Origin: Camelus ferus
Taxonomy: Eukaryota
NCBI RefSeq assembly: GCF_009834535.1
Contig: NC_045697.1
Coordinates: forward strand, 75,146,001 to 75,210,000
Length of the DNA: 64,000 bases
Reading direction: 5' to 3'
In this document: positions 25,991 through 39,033 of the stretch, in pieces
How the letters are laid out: every line of letters begins with the position of its first letter
Numbering within the stretch: position 1 is the first letter of the stretch
Translations under genes and position numbers: made by a program
Notes under the pieces: model-generated
Databases searched by the model: none
Seen by the model: only the letters and a program-made list of their open reading frames with translations
Told to the model about the DNA's origin: nothing

Positions 25991-28900
25991 AACGTTTAGT
26001 GTCCTGTTACAAGTAGGGTTGGATTTTCTGGAGCTCTAAAGTTAAGCTTCATGTGTTATGATTAACTCATAAAATAGTATCAGCATTGCTTAATATGGCC
26101 TCTAAATAGAATTTGGGTGCTGAATTATATGGTGACATCTTTAATTCCTTTATTTTAGTTCAGAAAATGTTAAAGTGTTTCAGTGGAATATATTCAAGGT
26201 GTTAGTCTAGATTCTGTGTGTCTCAGTTGTATGTGTGTATTTACTTGGTGACCTGCTAGGGATGTTAACTTTTTTCCTTTGATTTAGTAGAAAGGTTTGA
26301 GATTGATCTTTCCAAAAATAATTATATCTGCATTAATTCCAACTTTGAAATCTAAATTTGTGCTTCCCATCTCATATGCCTTAATATATTAAAGTATTAC
26401 GCTTTTTACCCTCTCCTTAAATCAGTCTCTGACATTGAGACTTGTCCAAAGATGGTCATTGGTTTCCTGGGAAAAGGTAAATTCCAGGGAATAATGTCTT
26501 CATTCAGTAGAGGCAGCTACCTCAGTCTTAAATTTTCTCTTGCTTAATGTCAGCTACTCCACTAAGGCAGCCAAATTCTTTCTTAAAATAGTCACACTGA
26601 TATCAGCTAATAACTATTAACAAACAGCTAATAAACTTTTTGAAAGATAAAGAACTATGATTTTTTTCAAGGATAAAAATTAAAAGACTCTCAAAGTTTA
26701 TTTTTCTTAGTTTTTTGATAATGAACATTCTTAATTTCTTTTCTGGACTAACATTCAGCACAATGGAAAGTCTGGAAATAACTTTCAGAATTTAACTCCA
26801 TAAAATGGTTAATTTGAGTTAAGTATACAATTTTCCATTAAAGATGCTTATTAACTTGTTATTTTGTTGGACCTTTAAACTCAGTTTTAAGACCTGTGTA
26901 TCTGAGCTTCTGTATGGTCTATGCTGTGTGAAATGAAGGCAAGCATCCCTCCCCTGTGCGTCACTGGAATGTCACATGCTAATGCCATTTCTCAACACAG
27001 TTGTTTTAGTTCTATTAAAAATTAATTGTAACTAAAACAGACAGTTCTAAGCCTCCAGGCTTGTTGAGTCAGAAGATGAGTAATGATCTGTAGTAAGGAA
27101 GGTTTGTCCACAGAATCTTCTGCTCTGACTCTTCCATGCTTATGTGCCCAGGAAGAAAATCTTAGCAACTGAAAAAAAGGGGGGAAATGGCAGAAAGGGC
27201 CCTGAAAGGGAGTTAAATGACAGGATTAAAGCACATTTATTTGGAAGAATATAGTAGGGACAAAGAAGGAGCCTCTCCTGGGTTGAGATGCAAGGGAAAT
27301 GGTTGTGGGAACGAACTGGAGGAAACATTAAGCTTCCCACGCTGGTTTTGAAAAGAAGTAACAAAGGTGGACTTCGAATCCACTTGATAGATACCTCTCC
27401 AAGGTAGTTTATATGAAGTTCTATCTAGCAAAAGGGAGGTGATTTTGGAAAATCCATATTTAATTCCATTATGGGAATTACATTTGAAGTTTGCCATTTA
27501 TCTGTTAAGAGTGTTCTGAGACTACCTCAGCATAGCTGAAGCTTTATTGGCTGACTGCCAGGAAATAATGACTTTGCTACAATTTCTGGAAATTGACTTT
27601 ATATAGCTCAAAAGAAGGGGCAGTTGAAGTTGTATTTGATATGGTCCTTTTGTTGTTGGTTCGATGAACTTCTTTGCCATTTTGCTTGATATTGCTTGTG
27701 TTTGGGAAGGCTAGGACATTGGGAACAGCATCCAGATGCAGATGCTTCAGGTTGGCATGTTAGATATTCTACTTAGTAGTTTTAAAGGGCTGTATCATGC
27801 ATGAAGACATAATCTTTGCAGAGAGAGTGTTGCGAGATCAAGTAGTTTCCCAGTATCCTCTGGCAAGAAGCTCTGAGACTATGGAAGAGAGTTTGTGGGA
27901 GGAAACCAAGATCTTGTTAGAAATTGGGCAAAGGGCTCAAAAAGGAAGATGTTCCCATAGGATTCAGTGTTACAGAGTGTATCCTCAACACCAGCAACAG
28001 AGACACCTGTATTAAAATTCGCTAACTCTTGACATCTTCTATTGGACATTTAATTTGCATGCCAAGCCCATAAGATAAGCATAAAGTTCCTAATTCATTG
28101 TATTTAAGATTTCTAACTATAATTGAAACCTAGTCTAAACATTTTTGTATTTTATTTCTTGGCAGAATGTTTTCTATTCTTAAAACCCTTATAATCAAGT
28201 TTTGACCTCATTCTCTCTCCCATACCTCATCAATTTACTTGATATTCAAGATTACTTGGCATTCATACGTAGGCTTCTTGGCATTTTTACCCACTTCTTT
28301 ATACTACAGCTGCCTCAGGTCACCCTGCTTTACATGGCAACTGAATGTATAAATCTGTCCTTTTGTTTCCAGGTTCAGGCTTGGTGGGAAAATAAAGCCA
28401 TACATTTCTCTAGAATCCAAAGAAAGCCTCTAGCAGCCAGTGGTAGATGCTGATCAGATTTGTTAAGCTGGAAGGTATGTTCAAACTCCTCTTTAAAGGG
28501 ACAGATTTAGAGATACCCATCAGGTCCAATTTATTCTCTTTGTCTTCTGTTCTGTGTTTAGATCTTTTCTGCTTCAGGTCCTGCTGATGAACAGTGGCCT
28601 CAGGCCACCAGCAGATGCACTTGACCATGACCCCACAGAGGTGGGAGCTATAGGAGAGCTTTCTGCAGAGCTAGCCACAAGCTCCCACTAGGCAGACTCG
28701 CTTTAACAGCCATATGGACTTGGCTTCTAGAGTAACTGGTTGGCAATGCCGTCCCTTATCCTCTAGCTCTGCATTCCAGACCTTCATTTCCCAGCTCCTC
28801 CCACAGTTGGCTAGATAAAATAACTATCATAAATTTTCCATAACACTCATTACATCTCTGCTACCTCCACTGATCCTTTGCTAATAAAATGAGAATTTGC

Positions 28901-29149
28901 CCATCCTGATTTTTTGAAAAATTGGCTCCCACTGTGATAACTCTTTTCTCATTCTTTCTTACATATACAGATTAGTCTTGGTGATGTCTCCTATACCAAC
29001 TTTTCAGTAGTTAACTCCATAATACTAAAAGGATAACAACATTCATGAAATTTATGCCTATTTGTGTAGTGATTAAATTTTTCTTTACAAAAAGATTTAA
29101 AGTCAGAGTTCTCTGATTCATCGAATCATATGATACTTTGATTAGTTTG

Positions 29150-31155
29150 GACCAATTATTCAGGGAGAAAGTAGTGACCGAAACAGACATAATTATTACT
29201 CTCTTGAAATTTATAATCGTGATTGATTCCTGGCAATTAAATAGTCAATAAAATGCAGTGTAAACTGTGTAACTGTAAGGACAGTAAAGAAGAAGAGTAG
29301 CATCCCAGACCAGGGGAAGGAAGGGTCAAAATACTTCCTGAAAGAAATGAGATCTCTCTTATATATATTCTAGGAAAAAGAACCAGAATATTCAGTTCAA
29401 GATGAGAGGGAAATGGTGAGTTCCTTATGGGAACTGAATGTGTTTAGGATGCTGAGAACACGGTCTAAGTGGTAAAAAGTAACAAAACAGTAAACTGGAG
29501 AGGTGAGCAGGAACCTTCCAAGCTGTGTTATTCTAAGAGTAATAGGGACTGATTATAAGACAGAAGTCAAGGAAATCATATAATTCTATTTTGTTGTAAA
29601 AATATCACTGCCTGCAACATGAAAAATGAATTCAAACAAAGGGTAGATTAACAAGGGATGAGAATAAAGATGAACTGTCCGTCAGGGGACTGCTGAAATA
29701 GTCCTGTGGATGGTGGCCCCAAACTAATAAATTTTCAGAATAGAGAATTTATAGGACTTAATGACTCATTGAATGTAGGGGAAAGTAGAAATAAATGATG
29801 ACTTCCAGCATTCTCACTTGGGCAAATGGAGGAGTGGTGGTACCATCCACTGTGATAGGAAGCATGCAAGGTCATCTAGTGTTTGCAAGGGAAGCAGAAA
29901 GGTGATAAGTACAGTTTTCTTTCTCATTCACTGTCCACTGTTCTTCAGTAAGTTATCTTAGCTCTTTCTTCAAAATATGTAGAATTCAGTCACCTATTTA
30001 AAAAAATACTCTGTTGTGGATCATTAGCATCCCAGAATACGTTTGGAACATGATTTTTCTGCTTTTCCTATAAATTGATAGAATTACTTCCCTGCTCCTT
30101 GAATCTTGACTAGCCTTGTGACTTGCTTGGCCAACAGAATGTGGCAGAGGTGACTGTGCCAGTCCTGTGGTCAGCTTACAAAGTTTGCATGCTCCTGCTG
30201 TCTCTTGAAACCCTGCCTCCACCACATGAATAAGCCCAGGCAGGCCTGCTGGAGAATGAGGCAACATACAGGGGAGATGCCAGCCATCCCAGCTGAGACC
30301 ATCCAAGGCGGGCCTACAGTGAGCCAGTCTTCCGAAGTATGGGAGGCCAAGGTCAGCAGAGCTCCCTGTAGCCAACCACAGATACATGGGTAGGCTCAGT
30401 TTGAGACCAGACAAAGAAAACATCCAGACTACCTGGAGACTCGTGAGGGATAATTAATGCTTATGGTTTTAAGTCCTTTAGTTTGGGGATGATGCAGCCG
30501 TCAACTGGTTTTCCTGATTCCAACTTTGCTTCCCTTGTTCTGGCCATCAGAATAATCTCATCCAAATCTAAGTTAGGTCATGACACTCTTCTCAAAACAC
30601 AGCAACGGTCTAGATTTCATTCAAAGTAAAGAACAGAGGTCCCCAAAGAAGCCTGAAAGGCCCTAAATGGTCTGCCCACTGGCTGCCGCTTTGCTTCCAT
30701 TTGTGACTCTCTCCTTCACTCTTCCGCAGTTACCTTGGACTCCCTGTGGTTCTCACACTCTTTAGGCTTACCCTACCCTAGGCCATTTGCACTTGCTGTT
30801 TCCTCTGCCCAGAGTGTTCTTTCTCCGGCTGTCCACATGAACTACTCCTTCATCTCCTTTAGATCTGGAGTCATATATTGCTTTCTCAGGGAGAAGTTTC
30901 CCTGACTAACTACTTCCAGTAGCAGCCCTCCCTGTCTCCCTTCCATGGTTTATTTTTCTCCCTGTCACTTACCATCTATCTAGCATTAGTTGGTGTGATT
31001 TTAAAACTATTTTTTGTATTTGCTTGTTGTAAGCTATATGATGTCAGAGAGTGTTGTCTGTATAGTTCAGTTTTCTATCCCTAATCCTCAAATAATTCTT
31101 GGCTTCCAGTAACTTTTAAGTTAAACAAAAAAACTGGTAAGCGAATGAATACATT
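29150..31155. mobile_element. L2 fragments (both orientations) interrupted by an MLT1 LTR at ~30085-30490
   Basis: L2 motifs (ccatttgcacttgctgtttcctctgcc) and MLT1 motifs (ttgtgacttgcttggccaacagaatgtggcagaggtgac). Confidence 0.65.
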
Positions 31156-31544
31156 GAGCACCTTAATAGCTACGTCTAGATTTTTCAGTTGTGTGAGTCA
31201 ATAAATACCCTATTTGAAATTCTTTTGCTTTAATTTGAGTTTCTGCCACTGACTTCTAAACAAACCCTGACCAAATCAGGGTTATTATCAAGTAGATGGA
31301 ATCTAAAGCCAAACAGTAGGACAGGATATCCCTGGGAGAGTCTGAAGAATATGAAAGAGAGGGGATCCAGGTCCCTGAAAAATATCCAATTTTCCAGGCA
31401 GAAGGATATCAGAGTAGGAGCCTGGATAGGAGATCACAATATTTCAAGACAGAAGGCATGGAAAACAGTGTCAGATTTTACCAAGAGGCCAAATAAAATA
31501 CAAGTTGGAAGACCTGACTAAGTTTTTATCTTTTATTTTCTTGC

Positions 31545-31546
<2 letters not shown>

Positions 31547-31579
<33 letters not shown>
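31547..31579. repeat. (TG)n microsatellite, ~16 units
   Basis: Direct reading. Confidence 0.97.
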
Positions 31580-31580
<1 letters not shown>

Positions 31581-34500
31581 CCCTTTGTGAATACTGTCTA
31601 AGGGCTCCTTTGCCTCTCTATTACGGAATTAACTTCATAATACATTTTCTGATTGCTCACATTCTTTTCACATTGGGACTAACACCCCCCCCAACACCCT
31701 CCCCACCCCCCCCCAAGGAACTTCTGAGCTTTGCATCATTTTCTTGTAGATAATCCATTTGGTACAATTTGAGAGACTAGAATCACTTCACCATAACCTA
31801 GCTTGCATTTTTTTCATGTATTTTTGGACCTTGATGCACGAACAAGAATCATTTACCAACCACTTAACAATGACTATGGGAAGAGTTTCTTGCTTTAGTA
31901 ATTTTAGAAACCATAGGGACTATGTAAGGTCTCTATAGAGGAGTACCACGAATGAAAAGAAAGAGGAAAACAGTGCAAAAATCACTTTATAATGGAAAGT
32001 GTGAGCTTTTAAAGATGAGCAGCTGGAATTTCCATATCAGGCAATCAGAGCGAAACCCCTGTGTATTAATGCACTAATAAGCTTTCTAAAGGATTTTTCA
32101 AGCATTTTACAGTAAGGTTGTGCATGTTCCCTCCCTCTGTCTGGGAGCCTTCAGGTGCATAATACCTAATAAAGATGACCAGGGCTCCCTCTTCCCCATG
32201 CCCAAGGGAATAGTTCTGCTGAATAAAATTTCTCAGCTTATTCATCATTTCTCCTTGAGGACTCAGATATGAAGGCTGCACGTGAAATTGTTCTATCTTT
32301 CCAAGTGATAAATTTTATGTTCCTTTATGTTCCCCAAAGATAGCGTTAGGTTTTGGGAAGGACTCCTTTAAAAAGCAAGTCCACTGCAGTCACAGGTCAG
32401 ACTGAGAATAGGGTCCGGGCCACTGCTTCTCTAAAGATGACCATCAGACTTCCCTCCACTCATTCAGAGATGAAGTCTGTCAGTAGGAAGAAAAAAATGT
32501 GTCCCCATGGCCCATTTCCACCCTGAGTCTTTTTTGACAGAACAAAGATTGCCAGTTGGACCAAAGTTGAGGTCCTTTAGTTATGTGCTGGGAACTCGAG
32601 TTCTCTGGGAATAGTGCCAAGACCACCAGACTCATTGAACTCACAACTTTTTACCATCACATCATCAGAATGAATTCCAGTCCCTCTGGTCAGTATTGGA
32701 TTCCGACCAATGTGAGGCAGGTGAAAGGTTACTAACTTAAAAATTTGTGTTTTTGGATTTTTTTGTCTCCCTCTGACCCCTTCCCATTGTCCTGGTAATT
32801 AACTTGTGTTTATCACTTCTTACAAGTTTGTATGTCACTGTGTACTGGACTTTAGGCTTCTGTTTGACAAATGTCTGCTTATCTCTGTATAATTATTTCA
32901 GTTAAAGAAATTAAGCCTTATCTAGGAGGGGTTAATTTGTAGGGAAACTTTACAAATAAGAATAAAAAGTTACCTTAAAATCTAACCCACTTGCTCCATT
33001 TTTATAAGGAAAAATTTCTGACTCCTCCCTTGGACTCTGACTTTCTGAAAAATTAAAACTTGAATGAACACATTGGCTTCATTGCCTTGACCAAGCAGAG
33101 TTATGCCAATGGAGAATAGTTATGCAGGATGGGAAAGTAAAATCAAGTTGAAGGACACATTTAATTCAGTGTAAGACACCTGTGCCTGAATGAGTAATGA
33201 TAAATTTCAAAATATTTTTGCAGCAGATGTTATCAAATTATTCTCCAGTATTACATCAATTACCCATTCTCTCTAGAAATGCATTTTTTTCCAAAAAAAA
33301 AAAGATAAGCATGGGAAATGGTCATCCTTCATAGGCACAGGTTTTGACAAGAATTTTCATTATATAGTTAACAAATATTTGTTGAGAACCTGTTTTGAGC
33401 TGGAAAACAAATTATGTTTTTATTTTAACTGAGTATTTTTCCGCTGGTGATGCTGAGCTAGACCCTGCTGGTGGATGGAAGGGTGGAGAGAAGACATAAT
33501 GGGGGATGCACTGAAGCTTTCAGGTTCCAGATCTGGATAAGTTCAAAGTATTTAAGTTTACCAGTACCACCTAAAGCAGCTGCCCAAAATACCTATCAAC
33601 TCACAGCAACAAAAAGTATTAATTCCTCAGAAGAAAAGGTGAATGTAATTTTGCCTGATTTTCATAGAGGTTCACAATGGGTTTTTTGGCTTGTTTTGGT
33701 TTTGTTCTGATTTGTTTCATAGGTCAAGGAATGTGTTTGGGATTTTCCAGACAGGGTGGTACTTCTCCAGTCTTTAATTCTGTTTTAAAATAAGAAAACT
33801 GCCTTTTATATTACTATCAAACACGAAGCAGAATCGTCTTTGTGCTGATAGAAATAGTCACTCAGCAAAGGTCACACCTGCTTAAGAACCACTGTGAAGG
33901 TGTCTGAAACAGTGCTCGCTCGGGGCTGAGGACACTGTGACCGCCCTCCCCTTAGCCAGATCATCAGCCTGTTCCCGGAGTGGGCTTTCTTCCCCCCGGA
34001 AACAGGCCTAGTATTTTCTAGCTGGAACACTTCACAGAGAGCCGGCGCTTCTGGCTTCTATTCCGAGCTGCACCATCAGATCCTGGACTGACCTTCTGTA
34101 AGTGAACTTCTCTGCAGTGTTGTGGAGATAGTTACCCTTGTGCAGGGAAGCGTTAGGGTGCATGGTTAATGTTTGCTGTGAGCATCTTGCCTGAAAGGTT
34201 GCATGCTCTTTGAGAGAGGGAGGTTAGTGCATGATGTCATTGCTTCCAAAATATGCTCAGATGTTTTAAAAAAAAGAAGGGATGATAAAGAAAGCAATAC
34301 TGTTTTCTTGGAGGGTGTTGTCAGGGATTGAAGAAGGGGTGCACAGATAAGTAGGTGGCAGGTTGTTTTCCTACCATAAAGCACAACTTTTGCATCCTGT
34401 CACTCTAACGAGTGGAATTTAAGGGATATTTCCAGCAAGGTGTGATGTACACTGGAAGTGTTTGATGAAGGAACATGGGGAAGTGATTGGGGACGTGGAA

Positions 34501-35754
34501 GTATGGACTTGATTTGAACCCTTGGATGAAAATCCTCTCTTCTGGGTTGTTTCCATGACTTGTAATATTACAGTGATGACATTTGCATTCTCCAGCTCAG
34601 GATTAGCTAGAAAGGAAGTCAGGGCTCAGTTCAATTGCTTTAGTGAGCACATAAACCACGACCTCTCCTGGAAGATAATTCTAATTAAAGGATAGTAAAC
34701 CCTGAGTCCATTTGCCTCTCAACATGGGCAACAGAATTACACACAGTTGTGACATTTGCCTGAACATGAAGAGGAAACTTTTCTTCATCGTTGTCCACAT
34801 CCTGGTTTCGGGTTGAAAGAAGTCATAATTTTCACATGGTGATGTCAGATCCATTCCCACAACAGAGATTAGACAATACCACAAACACGGATTTATGGTT
34901 TCATGGGAGAAATCTCCTGTTTTCAAACATTTATCTTTAACAATAGGCTACTGGCAGGGAAGGAAGTCCACCAGTTGGACATAAAAGTTATGGTAATTTG
35001 TTGTCAGTGATGAACAGACAGACGCTGGTTGCTGCTTTTGTCCCCGCTGCCACTCGTGACCTCCACTTCTTGGGCATGTTGGACATTAGCCGTCACAGAT
35101 TGAGCGCACATAAGGCCAGTGGCGTCACAGCTCATTTGTGTAAGAGAATTATCAAGTGTTCTTCACAGGTAATAAGGTAAAATACCTTATTCCTATCAAG
35201 GTAATCTCTATATTCAGAACTAAAGGAATCTTTTTAGAGAATACTCAATAGTTGAAGTAACTGAAACAAAGCATTGCTTCACTTTCCTCCTCTGTAAAAA
35301 GATGAGACTTGACTAAAACACTGAAACTTCTAGTTTTAAAATCATTCCATTTTACAATTTTTTAACTTACCAAAAGTTATAGATTTTCAAATAGTATCAT
35401 GACACTGAACTTAGTAATTTCAGAATAAATTACTTAAAAAACTACCCCCAACTTTGCATTTTATGGAGATTTAGTGCTTATTTTGTTTGTTTATTTCTTT
35501 CAGTGCTATCTTGTTCCAAAAAAGGACTTAAGGGGATTTGTAAATGTGCACACAGTATAGTGAGATGAAATAAATATATGATAGAAGTAAGGCAAAGAAA
35601 AACTAAGGGATGGAATTAGAGTGAGCATGGTGTTAACACATTTATAAAGTTCACTTCATTTCCTGGAGATGAGTCTCACATTTAGACCTTAGCTTTCCAA
35701 AAGCCCAAATGAAATGGGAAAACAGTACCAATGATAGATTTTAGTTTCTTTAGA

Positions 35755-36095
35755 GCAGCATGTCATCTGAGTACACTTGAGCGTCCCTTAGACCCTTCAG
35801 GGGGCTGCAGAGTGAAACTATTTTCATAATAAAACAAAAACTGTATTTGCCTTTTGGATCTCATTCTCTCTTGATCGCACAGTGGAGTTTTCCAGTGGCC
35901 ACATGACCAGCATTCTGATGGTGCCGTTACTCCGAAGGCTATTGGAAGGTGTGCTTGTATATGCTTGCATTTAAAGAGTTTTTGCTTCAATTCCTAATAC
36001 GGTAAATATTCATAGATACATTCCACATAAACAAAAGCACTTTGGAGGTCCTCAAATGTTTTTAAAGTATAAAATAGTCCAGAGAATGGCTACTG
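35755..36095. mobile_element. hAT-Charlie DNA transposon remnant
   Basis: gacccttcaggggg...aaactattttcataata...acagtggagttttccag...atattcatagatacattccacataaacaaaagc. Confidence 0.6.
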
Positions 36096-38759
36096 TAAAA
36101 TATGAACAATTTTGTTTTCACTTCCATATATTAAAATCTAAAAATTATCTTTCATAGAAGTTTAATATTCTATGAAAGGTAATTTCAGTTATTCTGTCTC
36201 ATCATGGGCAAATGAATAGTTTTCAGGTTATTTGTGATATACTTTAATTGTCAGGAGAGTAATAGATCTTATTGGTCTCTTATTTTGAGGGGATAGGTCA
36301 AAGCTCCCTTGAGAAACTGATGAAAGCCATGAACCCTCTCAACTAAACACAACAACAGACGCACAAAATTTTGTGAAGAATTTCATAAGGTTTTTGAACA
36401 CCCTGAAGTCTGTCTGTTAACACCATAGAGTTCTAAGAACTCCTGTGCGTGGACACAGAAAGAAACCCAGAAATCCTGGTTTCTTGTAACTGATATCTTA
36501 AAATTGCTTTAAAGTACAGTTTTAAGGTAAATTTGGACAAGAAGATAAAGAGAAGCTTAATGAATATTGTGTGCATTTCTTTTCTCTCTTAATCCCTTTT
36601 TCTCCCCACAGAATAAATTAAGGTGAAGTATTTCTGGTTATACTGTAACTCATTCTTCACCAGAAAGGCATGTTGTTTCTGCTCAGATGGGGTGAATGGA
36701 AGCTTTTGTGAGCTCAGCTTTCCTTCCTTAGATCCTAAAAAGAATAACGTCAATTACACAACATAAATCCATTTCCTTGGGATATTCTGATGATTTCAAA
36801 AATAGAAATGCTCAAATCTCATAGATTTTAAAAACTTGGCTACATGCAGCTAGGTGAGCTGATGTAGGATGGTGGAGACTCGTGAGGACTGTTTAGTTCC
36901 AACGACAACTTCTGAATTTGCGAAGATGTATTTATTGAGTGCCTCCCATATAACAGACCTGGGCACCGTAGGGACTGTGTGAGGACGGTATGACATTTGG
37001 CCAAGTCTCAACTAATGTATAAGACATACTTCCTATATGAATAGACATTTTATATGTGGGAGATAGTGTAACATGATCAAGCAGAATGGTTAAAAAGAAT
37101 GTTTCTAAATTCAGAAATCTTGGTGTGTGATAGCATTTACTGGCTGTCTGGCTTGAGCAGATATTTTAATCTGATCTATTGAGTTGGCATAAAGACCATA
37201 CCTGATGCATAGGGTCATTGTGAGAATTAAATTTATTAATGCATATAAAGTACAGAGGAGTGTGTGTCATGTAACAAGTGCTCAGTAAATGTTATTACAG
37301 AAAGTGCTGTGGGATGTGATGCAATGAAAAATGCAATATGAATTTGGAGAAGGAAAGGATCACCAGGGGTCAGAGGGGTCTAAACAAGAGTTCATGGAGG
37401 AGGTAAGACTTCAGCTGTGGGTCTCCTAAGCAGAGCAGGGAGTTATAAAGTTCTTGGTGCACCATAAATTTAAAATCTAATGGAGGAGAGAGGATCAGCC
37501 CCAATACGTATAAGCATAAGTGTCAGAAACATGGAAAGAATGCTCAGGTCTCTAGAGACATCCCTAGAAGTGCTAAAGCACAGGCAAGTGAAAAGGATAA
37601 AGAGTGGGTGTGAGTTATTACAATGATTGGAATAGAGTTAAGTATATTGCAACTACTTACGGGACCAGATTGTTCCATTCATCCCTCCCAAATTAAATTT
37701 CACTTTTCTCGTAGGAATCTTTTGTGGTTAATGGTTCCAAAGGGAGGATTTGTCTTTTATTTTATTTATTTCTGAGGAAACACACCTTATTCACACAGAA
37801 AATACACACACGCATACACCCACAGCCCCAAAAATGAAGCACCGAAACTCTATGTGCCTTTTAAGACATTTATGACTTTTGTCTCTTCATTGAACAAATT
37901 AAAAAAAAAAAGATTATGGAAGGAAATTTGGAAAAGGCTCACATACATGTACATGTTAATGAAAACAGATATTTCTATAGAAGAATTTCAAAAATATTTT
38001 AAAGTAATAGCTTTGCCGATTTTTTAAATAATGATCATAATATATCCTGGCTTTATTAGTGCTCTTGTCCTGATCAAGAAGCCCTGTTACTCTAATTAAA
38101 ATAACACCATCTGGTTTTAATACCTCACAGCAACTCTCCTACCCCTTAATCCTAGGGCTGAAGCAACATTCACAGTATGGATCATGCGGAGGCCACGTGG
38201 TATTAGCTCACTTGCTCTGCAGTTTATTGATTTGGCGCTGAGAAGCCTGAGAGATAGTGGTGCTGGAGACTGGGAAAAAAAATAGAGGATCCAGAAGAAA
38301 GAACAAGATACTAGAGTTGTGTGCACACATGTGAGATCCTCCTCTCAGAATGGAGACCTGCAGCTTCCAGAGAGAAGACCTTTTTGAAAGGAGAGCTTTG
38401 TTGGACCTCTGTGAATTAAGGAAGCAAGCCATGTGAAGTTCAGGTCAGGTGTGTGTCTGGAAACTATACTAGGCAAAAGGACTGAAGGAAGGATGAGTTT
38501 GGTGAGAACAACCTTGGTAAGTTCAAGGAACAGAAAAAAAAAAAGCTTGAATGGAGTGGGAGCAGGGGAGAGAGATGGGAGATGGGGTCAAGAGGCTGGG
38601 CGGAGGCCACATCACATGGGAGTTAGAGGCAGTTCTGAGGGTAGTGGGAGACTGGAGTTATCTGTACCAGAGCAATGTGTGATATTTCATTTTTTTGTAA
38701 GTGAACAATAAGAAAAAAAATCCCAAGCTCAATTAAACAACAAAAATAGCAACTGATAC

Positions 38760-39033
38760 TCAGATCCGGGGGTGGCGGAAATTGGGAAGAATAAGAGCAC
38801 TCCCGCTCCCTTAGTCAGCAGCTGATGGGCAGAAATGCAGGCCCAGTGTCCCCTGCAGTTCAGGGTGCTGTGTTTTGTTTTTCAAGAGAATGGAGATCCG
38901 GATTTTTATGTAAGAACTTTCCATTTTCTAAATGCTAGCAAATAATACAAATTTTCCTAAAATCACTATCCAAGCCATTACACTAAATTCAGGTGGTTAA
39001 TAGACAACACTAAACATAGTTGGAAGCTAGATG
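38760..39033. mobile_element. Ancient hAT MITE (MER102-like)
   Basis: atgcaggcccagtgt...tttttcaagagaa...atccggatttttatgt...taaatgctagcaa. Confidence 0.55.
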
